NCBI GenBank assembly: GCA_963663965.2
Contig: CAXXFK010000024.1
Span: forward strand, 1 to 64,000
Length of the DNA: 64,000 nucleotides
Direction of reading: 5' to 3'
DNA from: Sedimentisphaerales bacterium
GTDB taxonomy: Bacteria; Planctomycetota; Phycisphaerae; Sedimentisphaerales; SM23-30
The notes below the pieces were generated by a model that was given only the letters and a program-made list of their open reading frames with translations, was not told the DNA's origin and did no database searches. Made by a program: the position numbers and the translations under genes. Shown here piece after piece: positions 43,781 through 55,089 of the stretch (positions within the stretch are counted from its first letter, which is position 1; every line of letters begins with the position of its first letter).

Positions 43781-44968
43781 TTAAATCAATTCAAATTCGG
43801 TCGCTGTTTTGGAAAAAGCTTCGACAGCCAAGTCGAGTTCTTCACGATTATGAGCGGCAGAAATCTGGGTACGAATACGGGCTTTGCCTTGAGGCACAAC
43901 CGGATAATAGAAACCGATCACATAAATATTCTGTTCCAATAACTTTTCCGCCATTTTCTGAGCCAGGCCGGCATCACCCAACATAACCGGTGTGATGGGA
44001 TGGTCGCCGGGCAGGACCTGTAAGCCGGACCGGGAAATTCGATCACGGAAATAGGCGGTGTTTTCGTGTAAACGCTCAACTCTCTCGTTACTGGATTGTA
44101 ACATTTCCAAGGCTTTCAAGGAAGCACACACAATGGCCGGGGCCAGGGTATTGGAAAAGAGATAAGGCCGGCTGCGCTGGCGCAAGAGTTCGATGATCTC
44201 TTTGCGGCCCGAAGTAAAGCCGCCGGAAGCGCCGCCCAGGGCCTTGCCAAAAGTACCGGTGATGATATCCACCTGGCCAATCACATTGCGATATTCGGAG
44301 GTGCCCCGCCCAGTCCGGCCGATCACGCCGGTGGCATGGCAATCATCAATCATGGTCAGGGCACCGTACCGGCGGGCCAGATCGCAGATTTCATCCAAAC
44401 GGGCGATCGAGCCATCCATGGAAAACGCACCATCGGTTGCAATCAGCCGATGGCGGGCCGATTGGGATTCTTTAAGTTTGCTTTCCAGATCCTGCATATC
44501 ATTATTTTTGTAACGGAACCGCTGCGCTTTACAGAGCCGGATGCCGTCGATGATGCTGGCATGATTGAGTTCATCACTGATAATGGCATCTTCGGGACCG
44601 AGCAGGGTTTCAAACAGGCCGCCATTGGCATCAAAACAGGAACTATAGAGGATGGTGTCTTCAGTACCAAGAAATTCGGCTACTTTGCTTTCGAGTTGTT
44701 TATGTATCACCTGAGTACCACAGATAAAACGGACCGAGGAGAGACCATATCCCCATTGTTCGTAGCTGGCGCGAGCAGCCTGAATGATATCGGGATGATT
44801 GGCCAGACCCAGATAATTATTGGCACACAAATTGATTACTTTACGACCACCGCTGACCTCGATCCAACTGGACTGGCTGGAGGTGATGACTCGTTCAGAT
44901 TTATAGAGACCGGCATTGCAAATCTCTTCAAGTTGGTCGCTGATCCAGTTTTTAAAGGTATCATTCAT
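43781..44968 (-). CDS. kbl: Glycine C-acetyltransferase (2-amino-3-ketobutyrate CoA ligase)
   Basis: [63 protein letters not shown]. Confidence 0.97.
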   Translation of the reverse strand: MNDTFKNWISDQLEEICNAGLYKSERVITSSQSSWIEVSGGRKVINLCANNYLGLANHPDIIQAARASYEQWGYGLSSVRFICGTQVIHKQLESKVAEFLGTEDTILYSSCFDANGGLFETLLGPEDAIISDELNHASIIDGIRLCKAQRFRYKNNDMQDLESKLKESQSARHRLIATDGAFSMDGSIARLDEICDLARRYGALTMIDDCHATGVIGRTGRGTSEYRNVIGQVDIITGTFGKALGGASGGFTSGRKEIIELLRQRSRPYLFSNTLAPAIVCASLKALEMLQSSNERVERLHENTAYFRDRISRSGLQVLPGDHPITPVMLGDAGLAQKMAEKLLEQNIYVIGFYYPVVPQGKARIRTQISAAHNREELDLAVEAFSKTATEFELI

Positions 44969-45033
44969 TGCAGTATTTCCAAAGTAATTTGTAAGCGTAA
45001 TGGCAATTCATATCAGGAAGGTATTATATTCCA

Positions 45034-48000
45034 TCAATAAGCCGGGATCAATTCCAATTCGGCCATACTGGCCCATTTTTGCCCTTCGAATCCATTGAGG
45101 GCCACAAAGCGAATATATCCGGCCTGAACAGGTTGTACAAAAAGAACTTCTTTCGTTTTGGCATTCCGAGGGAACCGGCCCTGCGCCAGGCATGGATTCC
45201 AGTTTTGTCCATCCATGCTGATATAGAATTCGTAAGTGGCTACATAACCATTGACGCCGTCAGACCGGGGCACATAACGGAATCCTTTAAAGGTTCTGGT
45301 GCCGGCCAGTTTAATCTGAATTTCATGGGGATAATTTTTTTCGGGCAATTTATCCGTAATCGCAAACGTACCGGGACTGCTATAGGCGGTATGCCAGATG
45401 GTTTGCGGATCATCATCAATCGCCTTGTCCGGTTCGTTGCCATTTTCGTAACTATCGCATAGAACAATACTGGCGCCTGTCATTAAGGATGGTTTTTTAA
45501 AAAGAGAGGCTATGAATTCAGCAGATAGTTCAACTGTAGGATTAAAGGAAGGACCGGCAATGTAGCCCCTTAGACTATGAAGTAGTTGTTGGGAGGCGGG
45601 ACGGTTTTGCTGGTTTGTATTAAAATCAATACTGGCCATAAGCAATTTGCCCCCGGCAACTTTCGCTTCAAAGATTGTACCCAGTTTCAAGCAGCGATCA
45701 TAGGTGTCGATCACTTGCAGCGTAGGAGTCAGGTCTGGGGTCGCCTGATCCAGCATCATCGTGCGGGAATGGTTAATAATATGCCACCATTGCCAATTGG
45801 TGTAGAATTCAGTTGGAAAGTCTTTGAACATAGGATGTTTATCTTGAATCAGGGCCCCCATGGTCATGGGCTCCCAGCGAAACATAATGGGATTCCAGAA
45901 ATGGTTCTGAAAAGATCCCTGTTTCCCTTCGATTTTCCGGATGTCAGGCAGCAACAGCACATTCCGGCCGGCATTCAGGCCGGTTATTGCCTCTTCGAGA
46001 GTATCTGCTTCGACAAAGCTGTTATGATCGATGGGAGTATGGTCTCTGGGATAGACCCAGATCTCCCAGGAATTTCTGATATCCTGACCGACATGAATTG
46101 TCAGCGTCAGTTTGTTCGGTATCTTGATGGCATTGAAGGATATAGACAGGTGGCCCAGAGATGATACAGTAGAAACGGAAATAGTCGTTTCAGGAAGCAC
46201 TCCAGTTCTAATTATGGAACCTGAAGTATCTGTCAGAGTCCAATGAGGTATCAGGTTTTTTAAAGGCTGATTATAATAATGATAGATTTCGATATCCGCC
46301 TCGAAGGTCTCATCGTAATAATATTCTCGTTTATGAAATTTAGCCAAGGGGACGATTGGGCCGCAGAATTGGCGGAATTGTTCAGGAGAGATGATTCCCT
46401 TTGAATCCCAGAACGGATCCAGAAGTCCAACCAGCGCAGTGCCCTGGCCGGGGAAATCATGCAGGTCGAGGAGTTGAAAACCACCACATTGGGAAGTTCG
46501 CAACAAGGCTTCGATACTTTCTTTGTAGAGAAACGCGGTCATCTGGCCGGAAGCACGGTAAAAATCATCCGCCTGATGGAGCATATGGTGCTGTTGCAGG
46601 GCCTGCTTGAATTTCTGAAAATTGCGGGGATAGAGAACACCAGTATATTTGTCGATTTCTTTAAAATTGGGATAAACGGCCCGCTGACCGACCTCATGGG
46701 CCACACCGGGAACCTTTAAAATCTGGTAAGCGGCATTTAAATCATAATCCGTCTGAGGACCACGCGCTCCATAAGTGGTCATACCACCGGCATCATTGCG
46801 GTGTGACACATAGTATTCATCCTCAGTCAGGTGCTTACGAGCAGTAGCGCCGCTATATAGATGGCGGGGATCAATAGCTTTACCTTGTTGAATTAAACCG
46901 GCCAGATAATCAAAATCACCCCTGAGTTCATTGCCCATACACAACTGAACAAATGAAGGATGATTGCCATAGGACTTTAAGATACGGTCCATTTCCTGGC
47001 GATAGAACCCATTAAGCATATCGTTATTGCCCACTTCTGTCCAGCAAGGCAGCTCAGGTTGGAGATAGATGCCCACCTGATCCGCGGCCCGAAAAGCCGC
47101 TTCGGGCGGACACCAGGAATGAAATCGTATATGATTCAGACCATAACTTTTGACGATTTGACAGATACGCAGCCAGCCTGATTCAGTCATATTCGCATAG
47201 CCGGTCAGGGGGAATATGGCACATTCGAGAGTGCCGCGTAAGGCGATTTTACGGCCGTTGATCGTAAAATGATGATCATCGGTGCCATAATGTCGCATTC
47301 CAAAATTAAGCGTCCGAGTATCTGAATAGGTGTCATCCCCTGATTGCACGGAAAGACAGGCTGAGAGTTCATACAAATCGGGAGCGAATTCGTCCCAAAG
47401 GAGACAAGTATCTCCCATTGGCAACTGGATAGTTACCTGAGCAGATGTTTCAGTGATGGGAACTGATATTTGTGGAGTGTTTATTGGTTTTTCAGGATTC
47501 AAAGAGTGGGCCTGGAGGATTATCTGGCCGGTAAACTGCAAACCGGCCATATTGGATAGATCGCAAACAATCCGGGCCGATTTCGAGGCGGGATCGGGAT
47601 AGATTTGGATATCATTAAAGGCCACGGGATCGGTTGCAATTAATTCAATCCGTCCGACGATTCCGTTCCATGCCGTCTGGGTATATTCGGAGAAAGCATG
47701 GCACCAGCGATCAAATTCAGCGGGTACCCGGTTATCAATACAAATAGCCAGGGTATGACGGCCGGGTGTCAGGACATCAGTCAGTTGATAGATATGGGGG
47801 GTACTGAAACTTTTATCTTCACCGACCAGATCGCCATCCACATAAAGCGAAGATATCCAAAGCACACGTTCAAGCAACAGTTCGATCCTTTTGCCGGACC
47901 ATGAATCGGGGATGGTCACGATTTTCTGGTACCAGGCAGGGCCAACATATTCATAGAGGCGTGACAGGCGGTTGATCGGCGCTGACGTGGTCGCAATCCC

Positions 48001-48207
48001 TTTTTGATTGGTATCGGTAGTGCCGGGCAGGATAATGGAGTCGGCCAGGGGATCGCGATGCGCGCCGGCATTCTGAAAAGCGCGTTCAAAATCGGTGGGA
48101 TCAAGTTGAAAACCCCATTTTCCGGACAAATCCAAGGTCTGTGACCATACGACCAGCGGTAGCAAAAGCAGCATACAAACACTGGCTCTAATACTTTGAG
48201 AAAACAA
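45034..48207 (-). CDS. Secreted GH2-family glycoside hydrolase with C-terminal F5/8-C domain
   Basis: YVGPAWYQ, WNGIVG, NHIRFHSWCPP, MGNEL, DLHDFPGQGTALVG. CBM32-like tail. Confidence 0.85.
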   Translation of the reverse strand: MFSQSIRASVCMLLLLPLVVWSQTLDLSGKWGFQLDPTDFERAFQNAGAHRDPLADSIILPGTTDTNQKGIATTSAPINRLSRLYEYVGPAWYQKIVTIPDSWSGKRIELLLERVLWISSLYVDGDLVGEDKSFSTPHIYQLTDVLTPGRHTLAICIDNRVPAEFDRWCHAFSEYTQTAWNGIVGRIELIATDPVAFNDIQIYPDPASKSARIVCDLSNMAGLQFTGQIILQAHSLNPEKPINTPQISVPITETSAQVTIQLPMGDTCLLWDEFAPDLYELSACLSVQSGDDTYSDTRTLNFGMRHYGTDDHHFTINGRKIALRGTLECAIFPLTGYANMTESGWLRICQIVKSYGLNHIRFHSWCPPEAAFRAADQVGIYLQPELPCWTEVGNNDMLNGFYRQEMDRILKSYGNHPSFVQLCMGNELRGDFDYLAGLIQQGKAIDPRHLYSGATARKHLTEDEYYVSHRNDAGGMTTYGARGPQTDYDLNAAYQILKVPGVAHEVGQRAVYPNFKEIDKYTGVLYPRNFQKFKQALQQHHMLHQADDFYRASGQMTAFLYKESIEALLRTSQCGGFQLLDLHDFPGQGTALVGLLDPFWDSKGIISPEQFRQFCGPIVPLAKFHKREYYYDETFEADIEIYHYYNQPLKNLIPHWTLTDTSGSIIRTGVLPETTISVSTVSSLGHLSISFNAIKIPNKLTLTIHVGQDIRNSWEIWVYPRDHTPIDHNSFVEADTLEEAITGLNAGRNVLLLPDIRKIEGKQGSFQNHFWNPIMFRWEPMTMGALIQDKHPMFKDFPTEFYTNWQWWHIINHSRTMMLDQATPDLTPTLQVIDTYDRCLKLGTIFEAKVAGGKLLMASIDFNTNQQNRPASQQLLHSLRGYIAGPSFNPTVELSAEFIASLFKKPSLMTGASIVLCDSYENGNEPDKAIDDDPQTIWHTAYSSPGTFAITDKLPEKNYPHEIQIKLAGTRTFKGFRYVPRSDGVNGYVATYEFYISMDGQNWNPCLAQGRFPRNAKTKEVLFVQPVQAGYIRFVALNGFEGQKWASMAELELIPAY

Positions 48208-48272
48208 GATATCACTCCTGACTATGACGTGTTGAGTCGCTTCAAAGTAATCAAGTTCGACTAATGTTTAAA

Positions 48273-49301
48273 TCATACCTCCGTCCAGTCAAGCACCACT
48301 TTACAGGCATCTCTGGAACGCATGGCATCGAAGCCGAGTTGGAAATCGTTCCACGAGAACCGGTGGGTAATGAGCGGATCGACATTAAGTCCGCATTGAA
48401 TCAGCATGGTTAGCTTATACCAGGTTTCATACATTTCACGGCCGTAGATTCCTTTGATCGTCAAGCCATTGAAAATAACAAAATCCCAGTCTATTTGAGT
48501 AGGCGGTAAGATGCCCAAAAGGGCTATCTTACCGCCATGGGCCATATTTTTTATCATATCTGTCATCGCCAGCGGACTGCCTGACATTTCCATACCAACG
48601 TCAAATCCTTCTTTCATGCCCAGTTGCTGCAGTGCCTGTTCAATGCTCTGATTGCGTACGTCGAGCGTGAGTGTCGCACCCATTTTTCTGGCGAGTTCCA
48701 GCCGGTAAGGATTGATATCCGTCACAACGATATGACGCGCACCAACCTGACGAGCGATTCCAACAGCCATGCAACCAATCGGTCCGGCACCGGTAATGAG
48801 GACATCTTCGCCAACAAGATTGTATGACAGCGCAGTATGGACGGCATTGCCCAGCGGATCGAAGCAACTCAATATATCAGTGGAGATCGTCTTATCGCAA
48901 TACCACAAATTGGTTACTGGAACCGAGATAAACTCCGCATAAGCGCCATCCCGGTTTACTCCGATTCCTTTGGGGCTATGACACAGGTGTCGTCGGCCGG
49001 CCAGGCAGTTGCGGCAGCGACCACAGACGACATGCCCTTCGGCATTGACCAGATCGCCAATTTTAAAGTCTTTGACATTGGAGCCCATTTCGACGATCCG
49101 GCCGACGAATTCATGGCCGATCACCGTGGGAACTTTTATGGTTTTTCGCGCCCACTCATCCCAGTTATAGATATGGACATCGGTGCCACAGATCGAGGTT
49201 TTTTCCACCTTGACCAGAACATCGTTTATGCCAATTTGAGGGACTGGAACATCCTCCAGCCACAAGCCTTCCTGAGCTTTGCTTTTTACCAGCGCCTTCA
49301 T
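48273..49301 (-). CDS. tdh: L-threonine 3-dehydrogenase
   Basis: [55 protein letters not shown]. Confidence 0.97.
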   Translation of the reverse strand: MKALVKSKAQEGLWLEDVPVPQIGINDVLVKVEKTSICGTDVHIYNWDEWARKTIKVPTVIGHEFVGRIVEMGSNVKDFKIGDLVNAEGHVVCGRCRNCLAGRRHLCHSPKGIGVNRDGAYAEFISVPVTNLWYCDKTISTDILSCFDPLGNAVHTALSYNLVGEDVLITGAGPIGCMAVGIARQVGARHIVVTDINPYRLELARKMGATLTLDVRNQSIEQALQQLGMKEGFDVGMEMSGSPLAMTDMIKNMAHGGKIALLGILPPTQIDWDFVIFNGLTIKGIYGREMYETWYKLTMLIQCGLNVDPLITHRFSWNDFQLGFDAMRSRDACKVVLDWTEV

Positions 49302-49390
49302 AGTTACCTCATATTATGGTGTTTTTAACATTGAAATTATAGCTTGGCGATTATCCTATAGGTTTACTTCGCTTCAGGCAAGGCTCATAA

Positions 49391-50059
49391 TCACAAAAAC
49401 CGCAATAAACCAAACGAATCCGGGCGATGAAAATCCGGCGTTGAACAGGATACGGGCGACCAGGTGAGCCAATGGGGTTGGCTGGTTTCGTCGGCACATT
49501 TGTAAAAATTACCGCGCCAACAGTCGCCGGATTCGGGAATCTCAAAATGATAGTATTTTTGTAATAGCCTGAACGGTATTAAAAAAACCAGAGTCCAGGT
49601 TAACGGTGTTTCGATTTCTTTTGGGATGGATTTATGCGGTATGCTGGAGACAATCATCATTTGGGTATTATCTTGCGGATCCACATAACGTATCTGTGTC
49701 AAAGGGGCAGTTTGATGACGTAATAGTGCAATCCCACAGCAATTGATTTCCAGATTAAAATAAGCGGTTCCGGGTGCAGAATCGGGAGTAAAGAAAAATT
49801 CGACACAGCTATCTTTCCAGACTTCGCCGTTAATTTGCGTTGCCACTGCCCGGACAAATTGATCCTGGACCTGAAAAATCCCCATTAATCCGTCCGCCGC
49901 ATATGCCAACCGGGCCTGAGTAACCGGTCGATGGATCGGCGGCTTACCTTGGAAATGGGTGATATTCAACACTGGAATATCTTGCCAGAGAGGATGGTCC
50001 CAGTCTGCCTTTAAGAGACCGTGTTTGTCAACGGGATGGATGTAATAAGTTTCCGGCAT
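49391..50059 (-). CDS. CBM9/DOMON-like carbohydrate-binding protein
   Basis: VWKDSCVEFFF, YFNLEIN, WRGNFYKCAD, PDFHRPDSFG. Start ATG overlaps the GH29 stop (TGATG). Confidence 0.8.
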   Translation of the reverse strand: MPETYYIHPVDKHGLLKADWDHPLWQDIPVLNITHFQGKPPIHRPVTQARLAYAADGLMGIFQVQDQFVRAVATQINGEVWKDSCVEFFFTPDSAPGTAYFNLEINCCGIALLRHQTAPLTQIRYVDPQDNTQMMIVSSIPHKSIPKEIETPLTWTLVFLIPFRLLQKYYHFEIPESGDCWRGNFYKCADETSQPHWLTWSPVSCSTPDFHRPDSFGLLRFL

Positions 50060-51531
50060 CAATATTCCGAAGCGTGAGTATCGAGAAATATTCCAATTTT
50101 TTTCAGGATCGGGCAATCGGTTGCCTGTTTAATAGAAATCCGCAACCGACTGGTAGTGACCACGGGAAAACGAAGTAGACGTTTATAACCGATGGTAGTC
50201 GCTGAGGTAATTTCCTGCCATTTCTGACCATCAAATTGTTCAACCGAAAAAGACTCAACACGCTGCCCTTGTCGGATTTCTTCCTGAATCATTAACACAT
50301 TAAAGGTCTGGGCTGTGGGCCATTCCAGTTCAATCTCTGCCTGGCGGGCTGAATCTTCCGCCGCCCAGAAAGTCGCATTATCTTCATCAATCAGATGAAT
50401 TGGCTGGAAAGCATTTCCAGATCGGGACTGCGTGGCAGACAACTGGGCCATTTGAGCCAGATCCTCTTTGAAAATCGCATCCAGTCGCTTGCGAAAGGCC
50501 AGCAGCGTTTTGACATCGTTTTCGTGGATTAATCCGCGCCGATCCGGCGGCACATTAAGCAAAAACAGACCGTTACGCCCTACCGAATCAAAGTAGATGT
50601 CCAAGAGTTGTTCAACGGTTTTCACCTTGTCATCCTGGGAGGTATGATAAAACCAGCCGGGGCGGATCGACACATCGCATTCGGCCGGCACCCAGTCGGC
50701 TCCCTCTTTCATGCCGGTATTGAGTATTTTAACATTCGCCTTGCCCGGAGCAAAATCAGTACGATTGATCATGGACCAGCAGGTTTCACCGGCATAACCG
50801 TGTTCGTTACCCACCCAGCGGCAGTCGGGCCCATCGTCGGCAAACATACAGGCGTTGGGTTGCAATTTCCGAACCAATGAGCGATAGGTCACAAAATCGT
50901 AAACTTGTTTTTTTCGTAACGGGCTGTTTTCGCCGGGAGCGCCATCGAACCAGACCTCGGCGATCGGACCATAATGGGTCAGCAATTCGGTTATCTGGTT
51001 GGTGTAAAACTTATTGTATCGGGGCGAATCGCCATAACTGGGTTCATGCCGGTCCCAGGGGGAGATATAGACCCCGAATTCCAGACCGACTTCTTTACAG
51101 GCGGCGGCCAGTTCACCCACAATATCGCCCTGTCCGTTTTTATAGGGGCTGTTTTTGATACAGTAATCGGTATATTGGCTGGGCCAGAGACAAAAGCCAT
51201 CGTGATGCTTGGCAGTGATAATCACCAGTTTCATTCCGGCCGCCTTGAAGGTTTTAGCCCATTGGCGAGTATCCAGCTGAGTAGGATTGAACTGAGACGG
51301 CGGGTCAGTGCCTTCCCCCCATTCCCGGTCGGTAAAGGTATTCATGCCAAAATGGACAAATGCGGTAAATTCACGCTCCTGCCAGCGCAACTGGCGGGGA
51401 TGAGGCAGGACATGTTTTTGAGTGCCGAGTACAGGCCAGACGGGCCTTTCGGATTTATCGTTGTCGGCAGCCCCCACTGGTATCGACAACATCAGGGTCA
51501 GGAAAGAAAGTGTGATTAGACTTCTAAGCAT
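50059..51531 (-). CDS. GH29 alpha-L-fucosidase with F5/8-C domain
   Basis: FVHFGMNTF, TAKHHDGFCLWPS, SPWDRH, EVWFDGA, ECDVSIRPGWFYH. Confidence 0.95.
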   Translation of the reverse strand: MLRSLITLSFLTLMLSIPVGAADNDKSERPVWPVLGTQKHVLPHPRQLRWQEREFTAFVHFGMNTFTDREWGEGTDPPSQFNPTQLDTRQWAKTFKAAGMKLVIITAKHHDGFCLWPSQYTDYCIKNSPYKNGQGDIVGELAAACKEVGLEFGVYISPWDRHEPSYGDSPRYNKFYTNQITELLTHYGPIAEVWFDGAPGENSPLRKKQVYDFVTYRSLVRKLQPNACMFADDGPDCRWVGNEHGYAGETCWSMINRTDFAPGKANVKILNTGMKEGADWVPAECDVSIRPGWFYHTSQDDKVKTVEQLLDIYFDSVGRNGLFLLNVPPDRRGLIHENDVKTLLAFRKRLDAIFKEDLAQMAQLSATQSRSGNAFQPIHLIDEDNATFWAAEDSARQAEIELEWPTAQTFNVLMIQEEIRQGQRVESFSVEQFDGQKWQEITSATTIGYKRLLRFPVVTTSRLRISIKQATDCPILKKIGIFLDTHASEY

Positions 51532-51546
51532 ATGACACCTTCCTGG

Positions 51547-53811
51547 TTATTCGGTTTCGACTCCGATTTTACTGAAACTACGGAACAGAATGAAAATGGT
51601 AACAAGAACCACTGCGATCAGAATGAATCCCCAGATCAGGTTGCCGTACACGAAATTACCAACGGCAAACAGCGAAGAGTAAATGGCGACACATCCCAGA
51701 AACACACAGAGAACCTGAATGGGGAGTTTCCAGTCACTAATGGCGTTTTTGGTGTCGATTTCTTCACCGTCCGCGCGGGCTTCCAAAACAACTTTACACC
51801 AGCCGGGGCCGCCCGGATGGCAGAGACGATAGAAATTACGCAAGGTTTTTTTGTCCACGGGCGGGGTAATAAAGGTGGTTAGCAACCAGGTAATGGTCAC
51901 CAATATCACACAAACGAGCAACTGGACAGGGAATTTGAGGCCGAGAATATCAGGATGGTAAATATAAATTTTACCCTTAGCGATGATGCCACCAAAATCG
52001 ACCGCAATATCATCAATCGTTTTAGGATCGAGTTTCAGCCGGACGCGCCGGTTGTTGGTCCGCTCCAACTCTGCCTGTATCTGCTGTTTGCGGAAATCTT
52101 CCAGAGCTGGCTTCCAAGTGGCATCGGGCAATCCCTCTACAAGAACCGGAATAGCAGCGGCCTGAGTGGTATCATTGAGCTGCTCATGTTTGGCATCATA
52201 CTCAGCGCGGGCAGCGTCACGTGCAGCATCGCTTTCTTTAGAGGCCTGGCGCCACTTATCCACGAGTTGACTCAACTCCTCTTCATATTGTTTGATTGTC
52301 TTATCGGCCGCAGCAACTTGAGCCGATACCTGTTCTATCGTCTGGGGATCATCAATCACAAATACCTGCTGGCGTACAGAACTGCTGCCGACATACCAGG
52401 CCAAGGTACCCTGATCACCCACCCCAAGTACAATCCAGAAGGCAACAGCAGTGGCCACGACCATCGCGGCAATTTCGGTCCAGGCGTTGATACGCCACCA
52501 GAACCAGCGCAGGATATAGATCGCGCCGGTACCGGCGCCGGAGAGCAGCAGGATCTGGAAGGCCTGATAGGCATTTTTCAGAAAGGTCAGCGAGAAGAAA
52601 CCGGCCAGCACCATGAGCATAACGGTGCAGAAACGGGCAGCGGTTACCAGTTCTTTTTCACTGGCGTCTTTACGCAGAAATCGTTTGTAAAAATCGTTCA
52701 CTGCATATGAGGATCCCCAGTTGAGATGGGTGCCGATGGTGGACATGTAGGCCGCTATCAACGACGCCACCACCAGTCCCAGCAGTCCGGAGCCCAGCCG
52801 TGAAATCATCACTGGATAGGCGATATCCGGCTTGAGATATTCAGGATCAATTCCCGGAAACGCAGATTTGATACTGTCAAGAGTTGGATAACATACCATC
52901 GACGCCAGCGCGACGATAATCCAGGGCCAGGGGCGTATGGCGTAATGCATGAAATTAAAAAACAGCGTCGCACCGATCGCATTCTTTTCATCTTTGGCCG
53001 CCAGCATGCGCTGGGCGATATAGCCGCCGCCTCCCGGCTCGGCACCCGGATACCAGACCGCCCACCATTGCACGGCCACCGGAATCAGCAGCAGAGGCAC
53101 CCAGGCCAGCCAGTTGGAAAAGTCGGGCATCCAACTGAGTTTTTCAATGACGGCGGAATGGGTCAGTAAGCCGCTCAGGCCGTGCACTTCAGGCTGCTGA
53201 CACGCAACGACGGCTGCGTAAACCGCGCCGAACATAGCGATCGAATACTGGAAAAAGTCGGCCCAGATACAGCTTTTGATACCGCCGGCCGTGGCGTAGA
53301 TGACCACGCATAACGAGCCGAGAACCACCGTCCAGAAAGGATTAAGATCGAAAATAACCTGGCCGATTTTAATGGCCGCCAGCGTCACCGATCCCATAAT
53401 CAGACAGTTAAAAAAAACGCCCAGATACAGCGAGCGAAAACCGCGAATAAACGCGGCGCTCTTGCCGCTGTAACGCAATTCATAAAATTCCAGATCGGTC
53501 ATGACTTTGGAACGGCGCCAGAGCTGAGCGTAAATAAAGACGGTTACCATACCAGTGATGAGGAACGCCCACCATCCCCAGTTTGCGACAACTCCACCAG
53601 CACGAACCATATCGGTCACGAGATTGGGAGTATCACAGGAAAATGTGCATGCCACCATGGAAACGCCCAGCAGCCACCAGGGCATGCTGCGCCCCCCCAG
53701 AAAAAACTCGGCTGAACTGCTGCCGGCTTTTTTGGAAACCAATACTCCAATCGACAAAATTGCCAGAAAAAAAGCACAAATTATCATCCAGTCAATCGGA
53801 TGTAAGCCCAT
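51547..53811 (-). CDS. Sodium:solute symporter (SSS) with large soluble insertion
   Basis: FFLGGRSMPWWLLGVSMVA, AEPGGGGYIAQRMLAAKDE, HLNWGSSY. Start MGLHPIDW at 53811 behind AGGAG. Confidence 0.92.
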   Translation of the reverse strand: MGLHPIDWMIICAFFLAILSIGVLVSKKAGSSSAEFFLGGRSMPWWLLGVSMVACTFSCDTPNLVTDMVRAGGVVANWGWWAFLITGMVTVFIYAQLWRRSKVMTDLEFYELRYSGKSAAFIRGFRSLYLGVFFNCLIMGSVTLAAIKIGQVIFDLNPFWTVVLGSLCVVIYATAGGIKSCIWADFFQYSIAMFGAVYAAVVACQQPEVHGLSGLLTHSAVIEKLSWMPDFSNWLAWVPLLLIPVAVQWWAVWYPGAEPGGGGYIAQRMLAAKDEKNAIGATLFFNFMHYAIRPWPWIIVALASMVCYPTLDSIKSAFPGIDPEYLKPDIAYPVMISRLGSGLLGLVVASLIAAYMSTIGTHLNWGSSYAVNDFYKRFLRKDASEKELVTAARFCTVMLMVLAGFFSLTFLKNAYQAFQILLLSGAGTGAIYILRWFWWRINAWTEIAAMVVATAVAFWIVLGVGDQGTLAWYVGSSSVRQQVFVIDDPQTIEQVSAQVAAADKTIKQYEEELSQLVDKWRQASKESDAARDAARAEYDAKHEQLNDTTQAAAIPVLVEGLPDATWKPALEDFRKQQIQAELERTNNRRVRLKLDPKTIDDIAVDFGGIIAKGKIYIYHPDILGLKFPVQLLVCVILVTITWLLTTFITPPVDKKTLRNFYRLCHPGGPGWCKVVLEARADGEEIDTKNAISDWKLPIQVLCVFLGCVAIYSSLFAVGNFVYGNLIWGFILIAVVLVTIFILFRSFSKIGVETE

Positions 53812-53884
53812 AGAGTCACTCCTGTTTATGGTAGTCGTAAGGTCTTCAAGAAGGTCCGTTGAAAGCAATCCTGCTAACCAGAGT

Positions 53885-55075
53885 TTAATTTATTGGTAAA
53901 TCGGACGAAGCGTTTTTCTTTTTGAGATTATCACTCTTTTCTTGCCGATCCTCCACATTCACAGGAACAATCTGGCTATGAATCCGTTCGACCTGCCGGT
54001 TCATGATATCTTCATGGTCGATAATCGACTGAACCAGTTTGAACTGGGCGCGGCAACGTTGCAGGTTGTGGCCTTCATGGTGGATTTTGTAATAACGGTC
54101 GCCAGCCAGATAGTCGGTCAGGAAACGAGTCCCGATAATCAAAGTCAGTAATTTGCCGCCAAACACCAGATATTCGACTTCGGTTCGGTTAAGTCCGCCG
54201 CCGGCACCGGCCAGAAAACCTTTGACAATCGCGCCAAACCGTTCCATATCCACGCAAATCTTGGATAGATCCGTTTCATCTTCGGCGGCAGAACTGACCG
54301 TAGTCCGGACGATATCGCCAAAATCGTATAAGGAGACGCCGGGCATGGTCGTATCCAGATCGAGAACACAGACTCCTTCGCCAGAACGGTCATCCAACAG
54401 GACATTATTAATTTTGGTATCGTTATGAGTAGTACGTAACGGAATCGCACCCGATTCCAGCAACTGCGGCACCACTTCAAAGGTGGCCTCCTGTTCCTGC
54501 AGGAATTCGATTTCTTTATAGGCCTTACGGGCTCGATTACAAGGGTCTTTTTCGAGAACTTCCATAAAATCACGGTAACGTTTGGGACCGTTGTGAAAAT
54601 CTGGAATCGTTTCATGGAGTTTCGGTTGAGGCAAATCGCCAAGTAACGTCTGAAATTCACCGAAGGCTTTGGCCGCCTGATAAGCCTGGTCAAGTGACTG
54701 GAGCACATCCCAGGTTCGGGCACGGTCAATAAACTCAAATCCGCGCCAGAAATTACCCTCTTCATCCTGATAGCAGAACCGATCATCCCGGGTGGGAATC
54801 GCGGTCAGCACCCGACGATGAATATCGTCAGGATAACGATGGGCCAGTTTAACACGCAGATGATTGGTCACTCTGACAATATTGTCCATCATTTTCAGCG
54901 GTTCACGGAACACCTCATGATTGATACGCTGTATCACGGTTTTACCATTATGCGAATTCAATTGATAGTCTATCAAGTAAGTATCATTGATATGGCCCGT
55001 TCCGTACGATCTGGCTTCAATAAATTCACCAGGCATATTAAAATGATCAACAATTTTCTTCAAATTCGATTTCAT
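53885..55075 (-). CDS. APH-fold kinase, N-acetylhexosamine 1-kinase (NahK/LnpB)-like
   Basis: GTGHINDTY, QRINH, ETIPDFH, HNDTKINNVL, LDLDTTMPG, RFLTDYL. Confidence 0.8.
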   Translation of the reverse strand: MKSNLKKIVDHFNMPGEFIEARSYGTGHINDTYLIDYQLNSHNGKTVIQRINHEVFREPLKMMDNIVRVTNHLRVKLAHRYPDDIHRRVLTAIPTRDDRFCYQDEEGNFWRGFEFIDRARTWDVLQSLDQAYQAAKAFGEFQTLLGDLPQPKLHETIPDFHNGPKRYRDFMEVLEKDPCNRARKAYKEIEFLQEQEATFEVVPQLLESGAIPLRTTHNDTKINNVLLDDRSGEGVCVLDLDTTMPGVSLYDFGDIVRTTVSSAAEDETDLSKICVDMERFGAIVKGFLAGAGGGLNRTEVEYLVFGGKLLTLIIGTRFLTDYLAGDRYYKIHHEGHNLQRCRAQFKLVQSIIDHEDIMNRQVERIHSQIVPVNVEDRQEKSDNLKKKNASSDLPIN

Positions 55076-55089
55076 GTCTTCTCCAACGC

